DNA of 64,000 nucleotides from assembly GCA_020184695.1 (NCBI GenBank), contig JAANOX010000146.1:62001-126000 (forward strand), read 5' to 3'. Origin of the DNA: Histomonas meleagridis 2922-C6/04-290x. Lineage: Eukaryota; Protista; Parabasalia. The notes under the pieces were generated by a model that saw only the letters and a program-made list of their open reading frames with translations, was not told where the DNA came from and did no database searches. The translations under genes and the position numbers were made by a program. Positions 1-10,866 of this stretch are shown here, one piece after another; positions within the stretch are counted from its first letter, which is position 1; each line of letters opens with the position of its first letter.

Positions 1-57
<57 letters not shown>
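1..57. repeat. (TTA)19 microsatellite, possibly extending beyond the window start
   Basis: 19 uninterrupted TTA units from base 1. Confidence 0.95.
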
Positions 58-59
<2 letters not shown>

Positions 60-428
60 TTAATTTTCATCTTAAATAATAATTTAGTATTATTGCTATG
101 CATCTTGAAAATTTTTTATCAAGTAAGTCAGCAATTTTACAACGAATATCCAAAAAATAGCATGAAACTGTAAAATAAATACAAACTTTTAACATTATCT
201 TTGTTCAATAAGAAATTTCCATTGTAACCTGTAAGAATAATTGCAATTTCAAAAAACAAACAAAAACGCCAACAAATTATCGATAATGAATCCAACTCAT
301 ATTACCATCTACATCTACTCCATTTTGATTAAGCAGCAAGTATAAATATTTGATTTCCATGTCAACAAATCGCATAACGCGTGACACATTTCACAAACTA
401 TTTAAATTATTTTTTTACTCAAATAAAT

Positions 429-3400
429 TTATTCGTTTTTAGCAGTTATTTCCAAGCATTTCTCTGGTGACCTCAGGGTCTCTATCAGTTGGTTTGTCAT
501 CATTTCCTCGTTCTCCAACTTCTTTGCGCTTCTGAATGCCATAATTGACACAACCATTCTATACAGCATCTGCGGCTTATCCATTCTTTGTATCCACAAA
601 TCGTCCAAGTTACCCAATGTGTAACTTCTTATGATAATACCTACTGCGAGAATGAATATTATGTATATCAAAATCAACATTGTCGTTGACGAAGTTAAAG
701 CCCCTAATATACTTCCAGTTACAGGTTGTGACCAAAGTATCATTCTGAAGCTATTTTCAGTGTTTAAGAAGTTTAATGGACTTTGAACATCCTCATTAAA
801 ACTCATTAACCAATTATTACCATTAAATGTTATATTAATATTTTGATTTAAATCATTAGCTACATACATATCAGATGATGAAGGAATGAACATTACAGTC
901 GGCAAACTAATACGTAATGAATTATCATCATTATAACTTCCATATAATAATAATATTAAGCGAACTTTTTCTTCATAAGTTAAAACATTTTGATAATTTT
1001 GGAAAATAACATTAGTTACTGATGATACTGAAGCAGGTTGTTCGAAATAAAACGAAAGTTTATAATATGGTAATGCTTCAATATTTTCATCATTTAATAA
1101 GTTTGAAATCGTTGTTAATAATTCGGTGTTATCTGGGAACCAATTTGTATAAGAAATGATTTGGAAATCAATTAATGATATTGATGATTGACTTGAATAT
1201 ATTAATGAACTTATAGAACTAATATGTGAATCTGCTATTTGTTGATGTTCATCACTTGTAATTTCATTAATAGTTCCATAACTTGTAAAGAATGGAGGTA
1301 AATAATTTATACCAATTTCTAATTTGGCACTAATTGGTGGATTAGAAATTGTCGAATTAGAATCAGTAGTCATGAAGAATAATGCAATGAAAATGACAAT
1401 TAATATTAATAATAATAAAATTATTGATATTAAATAACGATTTGATTCTTTTTGTTTCTTTTCTTCATGTTTAGGATCAGATTGTTGTGCTATTAATACT
1501 TCAAGTTGTTGACTAATATCTCGAACAATGAAAAAGTCTAAAAGATTTACATATGTCTTTTGTGACATCCATATTAATATTGTTTGAAGTTCAAAGATGA
1601 ATGGACATACACGTGTGAATTTGTTCATGATGATAATACTTCTCCAATCTTTAACAAAGTTTGGATATTTAAATGATTTTATAGTTTTACCAGTATAACA
1701 TTTATTAGCTATTATCATATGTGTAAAGAATCGTAAAAAGAAATAAAATTGTAATGATGAAAATGTTAATCGATTACATGTTGGAATATAGAAATAAGTC
1801 ATACAAAATGTATATATATACCATATTAAATTACTAAAATACATTAAGAAATAATGATTAGTTGATGAACAATAATAAATAAATACTGAAAATAATACTT
1901 GAATTAATAATACTAATACACAAATCGCATCAATTTCAACAATTCCACCAGAATTTAATACATTTGAACTTGTAGATTGTTGACTCCAAGTTGACCATGC
2001 AAATAATAATATAATAAATGAAATTACATCTAATATTAATATTATTACATGATGAGAAGTTTCAATTAATCCAATTGATCCTATAGTTGATTTAATTTCT
2101 TCTATAAATGTTTTAGGTTCTTCATTTAACTTTAATTCATTCTCGGGATCTTTATATAAACCATAACAATAATTATTTGGAAATTCATTTAACATTGCTT
2201 TAAATTTATAATAATAATAATTCGATGGAAAGATTTCACAATATGATAATTCATTAACAATATAATATACTACACCTAAAAATAATATAATTTCTGGCGC
2301 TGCTGAACTATTTGGATCTAAACCAAATAAATTAATCACGGAAATTGACATTTGTAATACAGTAACTGAGTTTTCGGCTTTAATTAATTCATCTCTTATT
2401 AATGATATTCTAGAAAATGCACAAAATCCTAACATTACTATAACTAATATTAAAAATGTTCGATATAATTGTATTGAATTTCGTGAAGTTAATGGTAACA
2501 TTACACAACAAAAGAATAATGATATTAATAATGAAAAGATATAAGGTCGTAAATATACATAAATTAATATCATTAATAATAAAAATGGAGTCTTAAACAT
2601 ACGAATAAAGTTTAAGATTTCTCGAATTAATAAATGATAACGTTGTTTAGGATTAAATATTATTAAATCAGTTAAATCTGTTAATGATTGATATTTATAT
2701 TTAATTGAAGGAGGTAAATTCATTATAAATTCTTTTTCTTCTTTCGTGGGTTCATAATTCACTTTATTATCAAATGAATCATTCATTTTCTCTAAGATAT
2801 CAGTTATTGATTTTAATGTTAACATATTAATACCTGCTTCAGAATTAACAGGTAAAGATTTCGATAATAAATTAATAATTCCATCTATAAAGAAATATAA
2901 TACTTTTTGATACCATTTAACTTCTTCTGTATCTTCAATTTCATTATTAATATTATTCATTTTTTCAACTTTATTTAAAAATGAAATATTTTCTTCGTTA
3001 TTATTATTATTATTATCATTATTATGTTCTAATGAATTAATTTGTTCTATTTCAATTGCTCTTCGTTTATCTAAGATTTGTTTATCTAATTCTTCAATAA
3101 TTTTAAGTTGTTTCGACCTAATAAATCGAAATGCTTGTCTTTTAATGTTTTCTTCATTAACTTCAGCATAAAGATCACATTCTAATATATGAATACAAAG
3201 TCTTTCAAGTACATATACAAAGATCCAATAAATATCATTATGTGAACTTGTACCATTTAAGAATGGCATATCAAATGCTTTTTTAACCCATGAACCTATT
3301 GAATCCTCAGTGAAAATTGGCATTAAACTTAAAGATCTTAAACCAATGACTACGAAAGTTGCAATGAACATTAATTTCAATGATTTTTCTCGAGGATAAT

Positions 3401-6400
3401 CATATAATAAAGTATAAACAAATAAAATTGCTGTTAATATGAAAAATAAGAATGAATCAATTGTATATTGTTGTGAAGACATTAATAATATTATTGTGAT
3501 AAGTATTTCATAATTATATTTTGTAATAACTTTCACAAGGAATTTAATTAATTTAGGTAATTCTTCATAACGTTTAGTATAATCAACACTTAAATCACAA
3601 AATGTCATATAAAACGTAAACATAAATGAAGAAATACAATTTGTTACTAATGCTAATAATTGGACATCATAAAGTCCTGCCCATTTCAACCAATTTCGTA
3701 CTCTTTCTTGAGTATCTGGATCATTAGATACATAATCCATTACATTAAATGTAGTTTTAAATAAATCATTAGGGAAACCTAAATATAATAAATATTGAAT
3801 TATAAAACAAATATTAAATAAACATGTAACTACACATGAAATACTTTTAAGTTTTTGAGGTTTAAAGTTAACAAATATCATAACAACAAATGATAACCAA
3901 CCAAAAATTGATGGATTATATACTGCTGATACACATAAACTAACTTGAACTAAAAATGGTAACCAATGATGTAACATAGCACAAATTGCATTATATATTC
4001 GAGTTGTTGGTAACTTTTCGAATTTAGGATAAACTTGAATATCTTCATGAGGTCTAATATTTAATATACCTAAAAACATAACTATAACTTGTAATACTAT
4101 TGATCGATTACGTTGTGCATGTGTAGGTTTACCAGGTGCAGAGAAATATAAACCAATATATTTATATATATTATAATTCTCTAAGTTTTCATTATCTAAA
4201 TCAAATAAATGAAATACATATTGTACAATTAAATATAATATATTAAATATTAAAAATGGTATTCGAATCTTATAAAATACTTTTGATGACCAACGACCAA
4301 ATGAAAAGAAGACCATAATAATGAATTTAATGAATGAAGGATTATTATTAATTACACTAAATGTAAAGAAGAAGATCCAACATAAATAAAAGAAGAAATC
4401 TCGTAAGATCTTAATGAACTCATTTAAGATACATTTAATATAAAAGTTATATTGACCTTTACCAGTAGAATTAAATGTAATTGTAGATAAGAATAATATT
4501 AATGCTAATAAAGCAATTTCAAAATTAGGTTCATATATTACTGATGCATTTATAATAGAATTAGGAATATTTGAAGCCATAAAGTTACGAGGTTCATCAA
4601 AATGTGTTAATAACATTACACATAATTGAAATTCCACTGCTACACATGATACAAAACATGCAAAGATCATAAATCCAACGTTTTGTAAGTATTGTGATGT
4701 TAACATAATAACACCTACAATTAAGAATAATATTGAAAAGATATTAGTATCATATAAAAACAAATATAAAAAGTGTAAAATAGCTATAACTAAATAAATA
4801 ATAGATGTAACAAATGGTGGTAAATGTTTTTTAATTGTCTTCTTATCTTTAGATAAAAAGACAGATAATACAAAGATTACTATTAAACCCCAACTATATT
4901 GTAATAATGATTCATTATATGGTGGAATTAAACCTGATGATATCATTACATCATAATCAGCCCATTTACCATATAATAAACAATCATTTTCATATCCTTT
5001 ACATTCTTCAATCATTGTTGTCTTATAAAATGCTCCAAATGCTAACATTAATATCGATATAATTTTAATGATATGAAATACCCAATTATAATATATAGAT
5101 AAAAGTACTATTAACATAAAGATTACTGCTAATATACTAAATGCTTTACGATTTTTATAATAACCAATCATTATACCAATTAAATTAATGGCTAATAATG
5201 ATAAATAATATGCGCCTAAATATAAATAATGTTTAATTAATTTCACCGTTTCAATTGCTTTAGTACGAATTCGTGATAATTTATGTTTAGTCGAAACTAT
5301 AGCATTAGAATGTACTATACGTCCAATTTGTCCAAAGAAGAAAATTAAATAAAATCCACAACATCCAAATGCGAAATCATTTTTATATCTGAATAATCCA
5401 AACAAATGTAAAAATGAATGGAATCGTTCAGTTCCATCATTTTCTGGTTCACCAATAATTCCATAAGATGTTAATAACATTACAATAAATACAATCAAAA
5501 ATACAATTGTTAATAATGGGAAATAAATTTGTTTAAATGTTTCAAAGCGTGTATATGAAGAGATAAATATAATAAATATTAATGATATTGTTAAATAATT
5601 TGGATATGCTATAACAAAGATTAATGTTAATAAAAATGATAATAATAATAAAACATTACCAAACGTAATTAAATGCGTTGGAATCGCTCGTTGTTTACCA
5701 ACATCAAATCCTGGTGCACTCATTTGTTGGACAGAGAAATATGCAAATAATACTGTGACTACAACATTAAGTGCTGTTACACTTTCTGGTGCCATATCTA
5801 CAAAGCGTAATTCTGGCCCTGGATTATACTTTTCACCGATGTATGATACCATATAAATTTGGAATAGACCGAAAAACAATGAATATAACATAATGATATA
5901 TACGATAAAAACGGGTAAATAAGTCTTACCTGTACATGATAATGAGATATTAGAATAAACAAAATATATTAAAATTGGTATATATAAATATGAAAAGTTT
6001 GATGCGGCATTAAATGCATTACAGACAGCCCATAAAAGCTCAACAATAAATTGAAATGCAAATGAATGGAATATACGATTCCGCGCTTTGACAAGCTGAT
6101 GGACTGAAGTGATACTTATAACTGATAGAGATATGATTTGACATATCATCGCAATAAGTGAAGTGACTAATGTGAAAATTGGCGACTTGGAAATAATGTT
6201 ATTAAAGTCAAGCCCTAAAAGTCTTAATGCTTCAATGTCATGTAAATTAGTTGTATATGAAATGATGGCAAATACGAATACACATAAATTAAAAACAAAA
6301 TCAATTATAAGGCATATCCTACTGGGAGAAAAGCTATCTTTGATTCTATTGGACACTAAAACATGAATATATAATAAAATTACAAATACCATTCCAATAA

Positions 6401-6644
6401 TTGACATGCATGACATTGCAGAGAGAATAAGCATAAGAGGAATTAGAAGATCTATCATAATGATCAATACTAATGGATGCGTATGCTTTTTCTTTGGCTT
6501 TGTTCCATGAAATTTATGATCACCAATTTCTTCTTCTTCTTCTCTTTCATCTGGGTTTTCAAAACACTCACCAAAGCTGTTGATCTTCGGTCCGTAATCG
6601 GTTAAATCTGTTTCTGTCGAGCTGATGCTTGATGAATCATCCAT
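429..6644 (-). CDS. PIEZO: Piezo-family mechanosensitive ion channel (~2071 aa)
   Basis: Very hydrophobic multi-TM ORF. It has the Piezo PF(X2)E(X6)W motif (PFIFELQTILIW) and a Piezo-like C-terminus (ENEEMMTNQLIETLRSPE). The ORF-track start at 6695 is TTG; the first ATG is at 6644 (MDDSSS). Confidence 0.9.
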   Translation of the reverse strand: MDDSSSISSTETDLTDYGPKINSFGECFENPDEREEEEEIGDHKFHGTKPKKKHTHPLVLIIMIDLLIPLMLILSAMSCMSIIGMVFVILLYIHVLVSNRIKDSFSPSRICLIIDFVFNLCVFVFAIISYTTNLHDIEALRLLGLDFNNIISKSPIFTLVTSLIAMICQIISLSVISITSVHQLVKARNRIFHSFAFQFIVELLWAVCNAFNAASNFSYLYIPILIYFVYSNISLSCTGKTYLPVFIVYIIMLYSLFFGLFQIYMVSYIGEKYNPGPELRFVDMAPESVTALNVVVTVLFAYFSVQQMSAPGFDVGKQRAIPTHLITFGNVLLLLSFLLTLIFVIAYPNYLTISLIFIIFISSYTRFETFKQIYFPLLTIVFLIVFIVMLLTSYGIIGEPENDGTERFHSFLHLFGLFRYKNDFAFGCCGFYLIFFFGQIGRIVHSNAIVSTKHKLSRIRTKAIETVKLIKHYLYLGAYYLSLLAINLIGIMIGYYKNRKAFSILAVIFMLIVLLSIYYNWVFHIIKIISILMLAFGAFYKTTMIEECKGYENDCLLYGKWADYDVMISSGLIPPYNESLLQYSWGLIVIFVLSVFLSKDKKTIKKHLPPFVTSIIYLVIAILHFLYLFLYDTNIFSILFLIVGVIMLTSQYLQNVGFMIFACFVSCVAVEFQLCVMLLTHFDEPRNFMASNIPNSIINASVIYEPNFEIALLALILFLSTITFNSTGKGQYNFYIKCILNEFIKILRDFFFYLCWIFFFTFSVINNNPSFIKFIIMVFFSFGRWSSKVFYKIRIPFLIFNILYLIVQYVFHLFDLDNENLENYNIYKYIGLYFSAPGKPTHAQRNRSIVLQVIVMFLGILNIRPHEDIQVYPKFEKLPTTRIYNAICAMLHHWLPFLVQVSLCVSAVYNPSIFGWLSFVVMIFVNFKPQKLKSISCVVTCLFNICFIIQYLLYLGFPNDLFKTTFNVMDYVSNDPDTQERVRNWLKWAGLYDVQLLALVTNCISSFMFTFYMTFCDLSVDYTKRYEELPKLIKFLVKVITKYNYEILITIILLMSSQQYTIDSFLFFILTAILFVYTLLYDYPREKSLKLMFIATFVVIGLRSLSLMPIFTEDSIGSWVKKAFDMPFLNGTSSHNDIYWIFVYVLERLCIHILECDLYAEVNEENIKRQAFRFIRSKQLKIIEELDKQILDKRRAIEIEQINSLEHNNDNNNNNNEENISFLNKVEKMNNINNEIEDTEEVKWYQKVLYFFIDGIINLLSKSLPVNSEAGINMLTLKSITDILEKMNDSFDNKVNYEPTKEEKEFIMNLPPSIKYKYQSLTDLTDLIIFNPKQRYHLLIREILNFIRMFKTPFLLLMILIYVYLRPYIFSLLISLFFCCVMLPLTSRNSIQLYRTFLILVIVMLGFCAFSRISLIRDELIKAENSVTVLQMSISVINLFGLDPNSSAAPEIILFLGVVYYIVNELSYCEIFPSNYYYYKFKAMLNEFPNNYCYGLYKDPENELKLNEEPKTFIEEIKSTIGSIGLIETSHHVIILILDVISFIILLFAWSTWSQQSTSSNVLNSGGIVEIDAICVLVLLIQVLFSVFIYYCSSTNHYFLMYFSNLIWYIYTFCMTYFYIPTCNRLTFSSLQFYFFLRFFTHMIIANKCYTGKTIKSFKYPNFVKDWRSIIIMNKFTRVCPFIFELQTILIWMSQKTYVNLLDFFIVRDISQQLEVLIAQQSDPKHEEKKQKESNRYLISIILLLLILIVIFIALFFMTTDSNSTISNPPISAKLEIGINYLPPFFTSYGTINEITSDEHQQIADSHISSISSLIYSSQSSISLIDFQIISYTNWFPDNTELLTTISNLLNDENIEALPYYKLSFYFEQPASVSSVTNVIFQNYQNVLTYEEKVRLILLLYGSYNDDNSLRISLPTVMFIPSSSDMYVANDLNQNINITFNGNNWLMSFNEDVQSPLNFLNTENSFRMILWSQPVTGSILGALTSSTTMLILIYIIFILAVGIIIRSYTLGNLDDLWIQRMDKPQMLYRMVVSIMAFRSAKKLENEEMMTNQLIETLRSPEKCLEITAKNE

Positions 6645-7993
6645 CTTTATGGAAAAAGTGGTGTACGTTGAAAAGTTGCTGGATAAACCTTTCAAAAGTG
6701 CGAAGGGTACAACGCTGTATCTGAAGAAGAACCTGACAGCAAATTGACTTACAAAATTTTAGATATTAAAAATATTTAGGAATGTTTACTAATGGCTTCT
6801 TAAATAGGATTTCTAAGGAGTTCACTATATTTTATATATAAAATGACCGAGAAAAAGTGATTTTTGCAAATGCTGTGAGTTCGTTAATTGAAATGAGCGA
6901 TTACGAACTTTTTGTATGGAAATCCGATTATTTACACCTCTGGGTTAAGAACCCAAAATCTTAAAAAGAAATATTTCAAATTTGGTTTTTCCTCAACATC
7001 TCGAAATCGAAAGATTCAAAAATTATAAGATGATTAAATTGGCTTAATTTTTTTTGATTGTATAAAAATTGTGTTTTTTTGTTTGAGATCTGATTTGCTT
7101 AACATTTGAAATCATAAGGCAGCGATGTAGCAACAATAATTTTTGACTCGATAGAACGTTATCTTTTAAATAATAATTCATATGATAATATGTGGTGTTT
7201 TACATTTATCATATTTTTGCCTATTTTTGGCTCTTTATGGGCCATTTGTATGGTTTCCTATAAAATTTTAATTCATTTAATCTTTACAAATTTGTAATTT
7301 CTTCACAACATTAAAAACATACTTCATTCAAGTATTTTTGAAAGTGAAAACATGCTTTTAAGGAACTTGTTAAGATCATTTTATGATTAAAATTAATTAT
7401 TTAACTTAAGCTCCTTTTTTCTGGTGAATAACGTTCACCGCATTGAAAAGTTGGAACTTTTTGAATTGGTTATATTTGGGTGAATATTCCAAACGAAAAG
7501 ATTTCATTATTCCGTTCACAATTGAATAATGAAGCAAGGTTTTGATGAACTTTCATTTAAGCAACTCACACGAAAGTTTACCTTACTAACTTACTTGAAA
7601 ATTACAAATTTATTGTATTCAAATTTCCTTTCTTTTTGAAGTTTTGCGTTTCCTGGTAATATTTCGTTGTTGTTTAGCACAGAGATAGTATTTTGATAGG
7701 TTGTTTGGTGTCACCGCTGAAGTTTAAATCAAGACTTTTCCTAAAAATCAATAGTTTATGAATTGTGACAAGATGTGTGGAAAATGTTAAGTGTTCGACA
7801 CGTCTGAAAAAGCCGATGACTAGGGGGAAGTTTTATTCAGAATCATCGTTTTTTTAGATAGAGTAAACTATTCAATTAGAGATAGGGTTGAATATCCTTT
7901 TCTCAAATTATTGAATACCTACCAAAATATTGAATATTTCATTGTTTTATAACCGCTTACCCTTGGCCATGTCAAGTGACTATTTTTTTGGAA

Positions 7994-10630
7994 ATGAGTA
8001 CACCAACAAAATGGGTCTACATGTTCACTGAAGGAAATGCCGGAATGAGAAATCTTCTTGGAGGAAAGGGAGCTGGTCTAGCTGAAATGACAAATCTTGG
8101 CCTTCCAGTTCCACAAGGATTTACAATCACAACTGAAGCATGCACAAAGTACTACGAAGATGGAAAGAAGATCAATGATGAAATCATGGATCAAATCATG
8201 AAAGCAATTGTCAAGATGGAAGAAATCACCGGCAAGAAATTCGGAGATAAAGAAAATCCACTTCTTGTTTCTGTTCGTTCTGGTGCTAGAGCATCCATGC
8301 CAGGCATGATGGACACTATCCTTAACCTTGGTCTTAACGAAGATGTTGTCAATGTTCTTGCTGAAAAGTCTGGAAATCCACGTTGGGCTTGGGATTCATA
8401 CCGCAGGTTCATCCAAATGTTCTCTGATGTTGTTATGGAAGTTGGCAAGAAGTATTTCGAAGAATTAATCGATCAAATGAAAGAAAAGAAGGGTGTTACA
8501 CAAGATGTTGAACTTGATGCTAATGACCTTAAAGAATTAGCCAACCAATTCAAGGCCGAATACAAGTCAAAACTTGGAGTTGATTTCCCAACAGATCCAA
8601 AGGAACAACTTATGGAAGCTATCAAAGCAGTTTTCCGTTCCTGGGATAATCCACGTGCCAACGTTTATCGTCGTGATAACGATATTCCATATTCATGGGG
8701 TACAGCTGTTAATGTTCAAATGATGGCCTTTGGTAACATGGGCGAAACCTCTGGTACTGGTGTTGCCTTTACACGTGATCCAGCCACTGGTGAAAAGCAT
8801 CTTATGGGTGAATATCTTCTTAATGCACAAGGTGAAGATGTTGTTGCAGGTATCCGCACACCACAAAAGATTGAACAACTTAAGCAACAAATGCCAGAAG
8901 TATATGAACAATTCACAAAGATTTGCTCCATTCTTGAAAACCATTATCATGATATGCAAGATATGGAATTCACAATTGAAGAGAAGAAACTTTACATGCT
9001 CCAAACACGTAACGGTAAGAGAACAGCCAAGGCAGCACTTAAGATTGCATGTGACTTAGTTGATGAAGGAAAGATCACAGAAGAAAAGGCTGTTGCAATG
9101 ATTGATCCACGTAACCTTGATACATTATTACATCCACAATTTGATGCCAAAGCAATTGCATCAGCTAAGCCAATTGGTAAAGCACTTGGTGCATCACCAG
9201 GCGCAGCATCTGGTAAAATTGTCTTCAGCGCAGAAGATGCAAAGAAATGGGCTGGAAAAGGCGAAAAGGTCATCTTAGTTAGACTTGAAACATCACCAGA
9301 AGATATCGAAGGTATGAAGAGTGCACAAGGTATCTTAACAGTTCGTGGAGGTATGACAAGCCACGCAGCTGTTGTTGCACGTGGTATGGGCAAATGCTGT
9401 GTCTCTGGTTGTGGTGACATTAAGATGAATGAAGCCGAAAAGAAGTTCACACTTAGCGGCAAAGAATATCATGAAGGTGACTCCATTTCTATTGATGGAT
9501 CAACAGGTTGCATTTATGATGGCATTATTCCAACAGAAGATGCCAAAATTGCTGGTGAATTCCAAAGATTAATGTCATGGGCTGATAAGTACAGGACCAT
9601 GAAAGTACGTACTAATGCTGATACACCACGTGATGCTAAGAAAGCACGTGAACTTGGTGCTGAAGGTATTGGTCTTTGCCGTACCGAACATATGTTCTTC
9701 AGTGGTAATCGTATTGATGCATTCCGTGAAATGATTTGTTCCGAAACAGTTGAAGAAAGAGAAAAGGCACTTGAAAAGATTTTGCCACATCAACAAAGTG
9801 ACTTTGAAGAAATTTATGAAGCACTTGAAGGTTATCCAGTTACAATTCGTTTCTTGGATCCACCATTACATGAGTTTGTACCAACAGAAGAAGCCGATAT
9901 TAAGAAATTAGCTGAATCACAAGGTAAAAGTGTTGAAACAATCAAAGAAATCATTGACGCATTACATGAATTCAACCCAATGATGGGACATAGAGGCTGT
10001 CGTTTAGCAGTTACATATCCCGAAATTGCTAAGATGCAAACCAAAGCAGTTATCCGCGCAGCAATCAATGTAGCTAAGAAACATCCAGACTGGAACATGT
10101 GTCCAGAAATTATGATTCCATTAGTTGGTGATAACAAAGAACTTGCATTTGTTAAGAAAGTTGTTGTTGCTACAGCTGATGCCGAAATTCAAGCTGCCGG
10201 AATTCCACTTAAGTATGAAGTTGGTACAATGATTGAAATTCCACGTGCTGCACTTACTGCAGACGAAATTGCTAAGGAAGCCGACTTCTTCTGCTTCGGT
10301 ACTAACGACTTAACACAAATGACTTATGGATTCTCTAGAGATGATGCCGGTAAATTCCTTGACGCTTACTATGATGCTAAAATCTTCGAAAATGATCCAT
10401 TCGCTAAATTAGATCAAAAGGGTGTCGGTAAATTAATGGAAATGTCAATCAAACTTGGAAAGGCTGCTAACCCGAAGTTACACATCGGTATCTGTGGTGA
10501 ACACGGAGGTGATCCTTCATCAGTCGAATATTGCTATAAGATTGGATTGGATTATGTCTCATGCTCTCCATTCCGTGTTCCAATCGCAAGACTTGCTGCT
10601 GCTCAAGCCGCAATCAACAACCGCGCTTAA
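7994..10630 (+). CDS. ppdK: Pyruvate, phosphate dikinase (878 aa)
   Basis: LLGGKG, SVRSGARASMPGMMDTILNLG, phospho-His motif GGMTSHAAVVARG, FGTNDLTQM, and catalytic Cys in CGEHGGDP. The track start at 7976 is GTG; ATG is at 7994. Confidence 0.98.
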   Translation: MSTPTKWVYMFTEGNAGMRNLLGGKGAGLAEMTNLGLPVPQGFTITTEACTKYYEDGKKINDEIMDQIMKAIVKMEEITGKKFGDKENPLLVSVRSGARASMPGMMDTILNLGLNEDVVNVLAEKSGNPRWAWDSYRRFIQMFSDVVMEVGKKYFEELIDQMKEKKGVTQDVELDANDLKELANQFKAEYKSKLGVDFPTDPKEQLMEAIKAVFRSWDNPRANVYRRDNDIPYSWGTAVNVQMMAFGNMGETSGTGVAFTRDPATGEKHLMGEYLLNAQGEDVVAGIRTPQKIEQLKQQMPEVYEQFTKICSILENHYHDMQDMEFTIEEKKLYMLQTRNGKRTAKAALKIACDLVDEGKITEEKAVAMIDPRNLDTLLHPQFDAKAIASAKPIGKALGASPGAASGKIVFSAEDAKKWAGKGEKVILVRLETSPEDIEGMKSAQGILTVRGGMTSHAAVVARGMGKCCVSGCGDIKMNEAEKKFTLSGKEYHEGDSISIDGSTGCIYDGIIPTEDAKIAGEFQRLMSWADKYRTMKVRTNADTPRDAKKARELGAEGIGLCRTEHMFFSGNRIDAFREMICSETVEEREKALEKILPHQQSDFEEIYEALEGYPVTIRFLDPPLHEFVPTEEADIKKLAESQGKSVETIKEIIDALHEFNPMMGHRGCRLAVTYPEIAKMQTKAVIRAAINVAKKHPDWNMCPEIMIPLVGDNKELAFVKKVVVATADAEIQAAGIPLKYEVGTMIEIPRAALTADEIAKEADFFCFGTNDLTQMTYGFSRDDAGKFLDAYYDAKIFENDPFAKLDQKGVGKLMEMSIKLGKAANPKLHIGICGEHGGDPSSVEYCYKIGLDYVSCSPFRVPIARLAAAQAAINNRA

Positions 10631-10866
10631 GCATATTATTAGTAAGTGCAAATAAACAAAAACTTTACCAAATGTTTTGTATTATTGTGTAATTTAGCAT
10701 TACTTTGAATGGACTGCAGTGTAAAATGTGTGGACGGACAACAAAAACTGAAATAAATCATAAAAATTTAAATTTTTATAGTTTGTCGGCATACAGAAAT
10801 TTTAACATATCTTCAGCCCAAAAACATATTTGCGAATTTGATTAATATTAAATTTTTTGAAAATTC

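Noticed and set aside
1-57. (TTA)n at the window start as a telomeric repeat
   Set aside because: It has no G-rich telomere-type unit and normal gene context follows at once; it is a plain microsatellite.
6645-6695. ORF-track starts at TTG/GTG or upstream ATGs (6695, 7976, 31764, 56429, 58837, 60183)
   Set aside because: A eukaryotic context favours the downstream ATGs, which also give sensible N-termini (signal peptide, myristoylation Gly, homologous start).
7503-7533. 10-bp inverted repeat TTCATTATTC/GAATAATGAA
   Set aside because: AT-rich and isolated; expected by chance in 64 kb of this composition.
7976-10655. Bacterial contamination, and the overlapping small ORFs on both strands of PPDK
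   Set aside because: PPDK is a lone gene with no operon or clear Shine-Dalgarno site, between eukaryotic genes. The small ORFs are shadow frames of a higher-GC gene.
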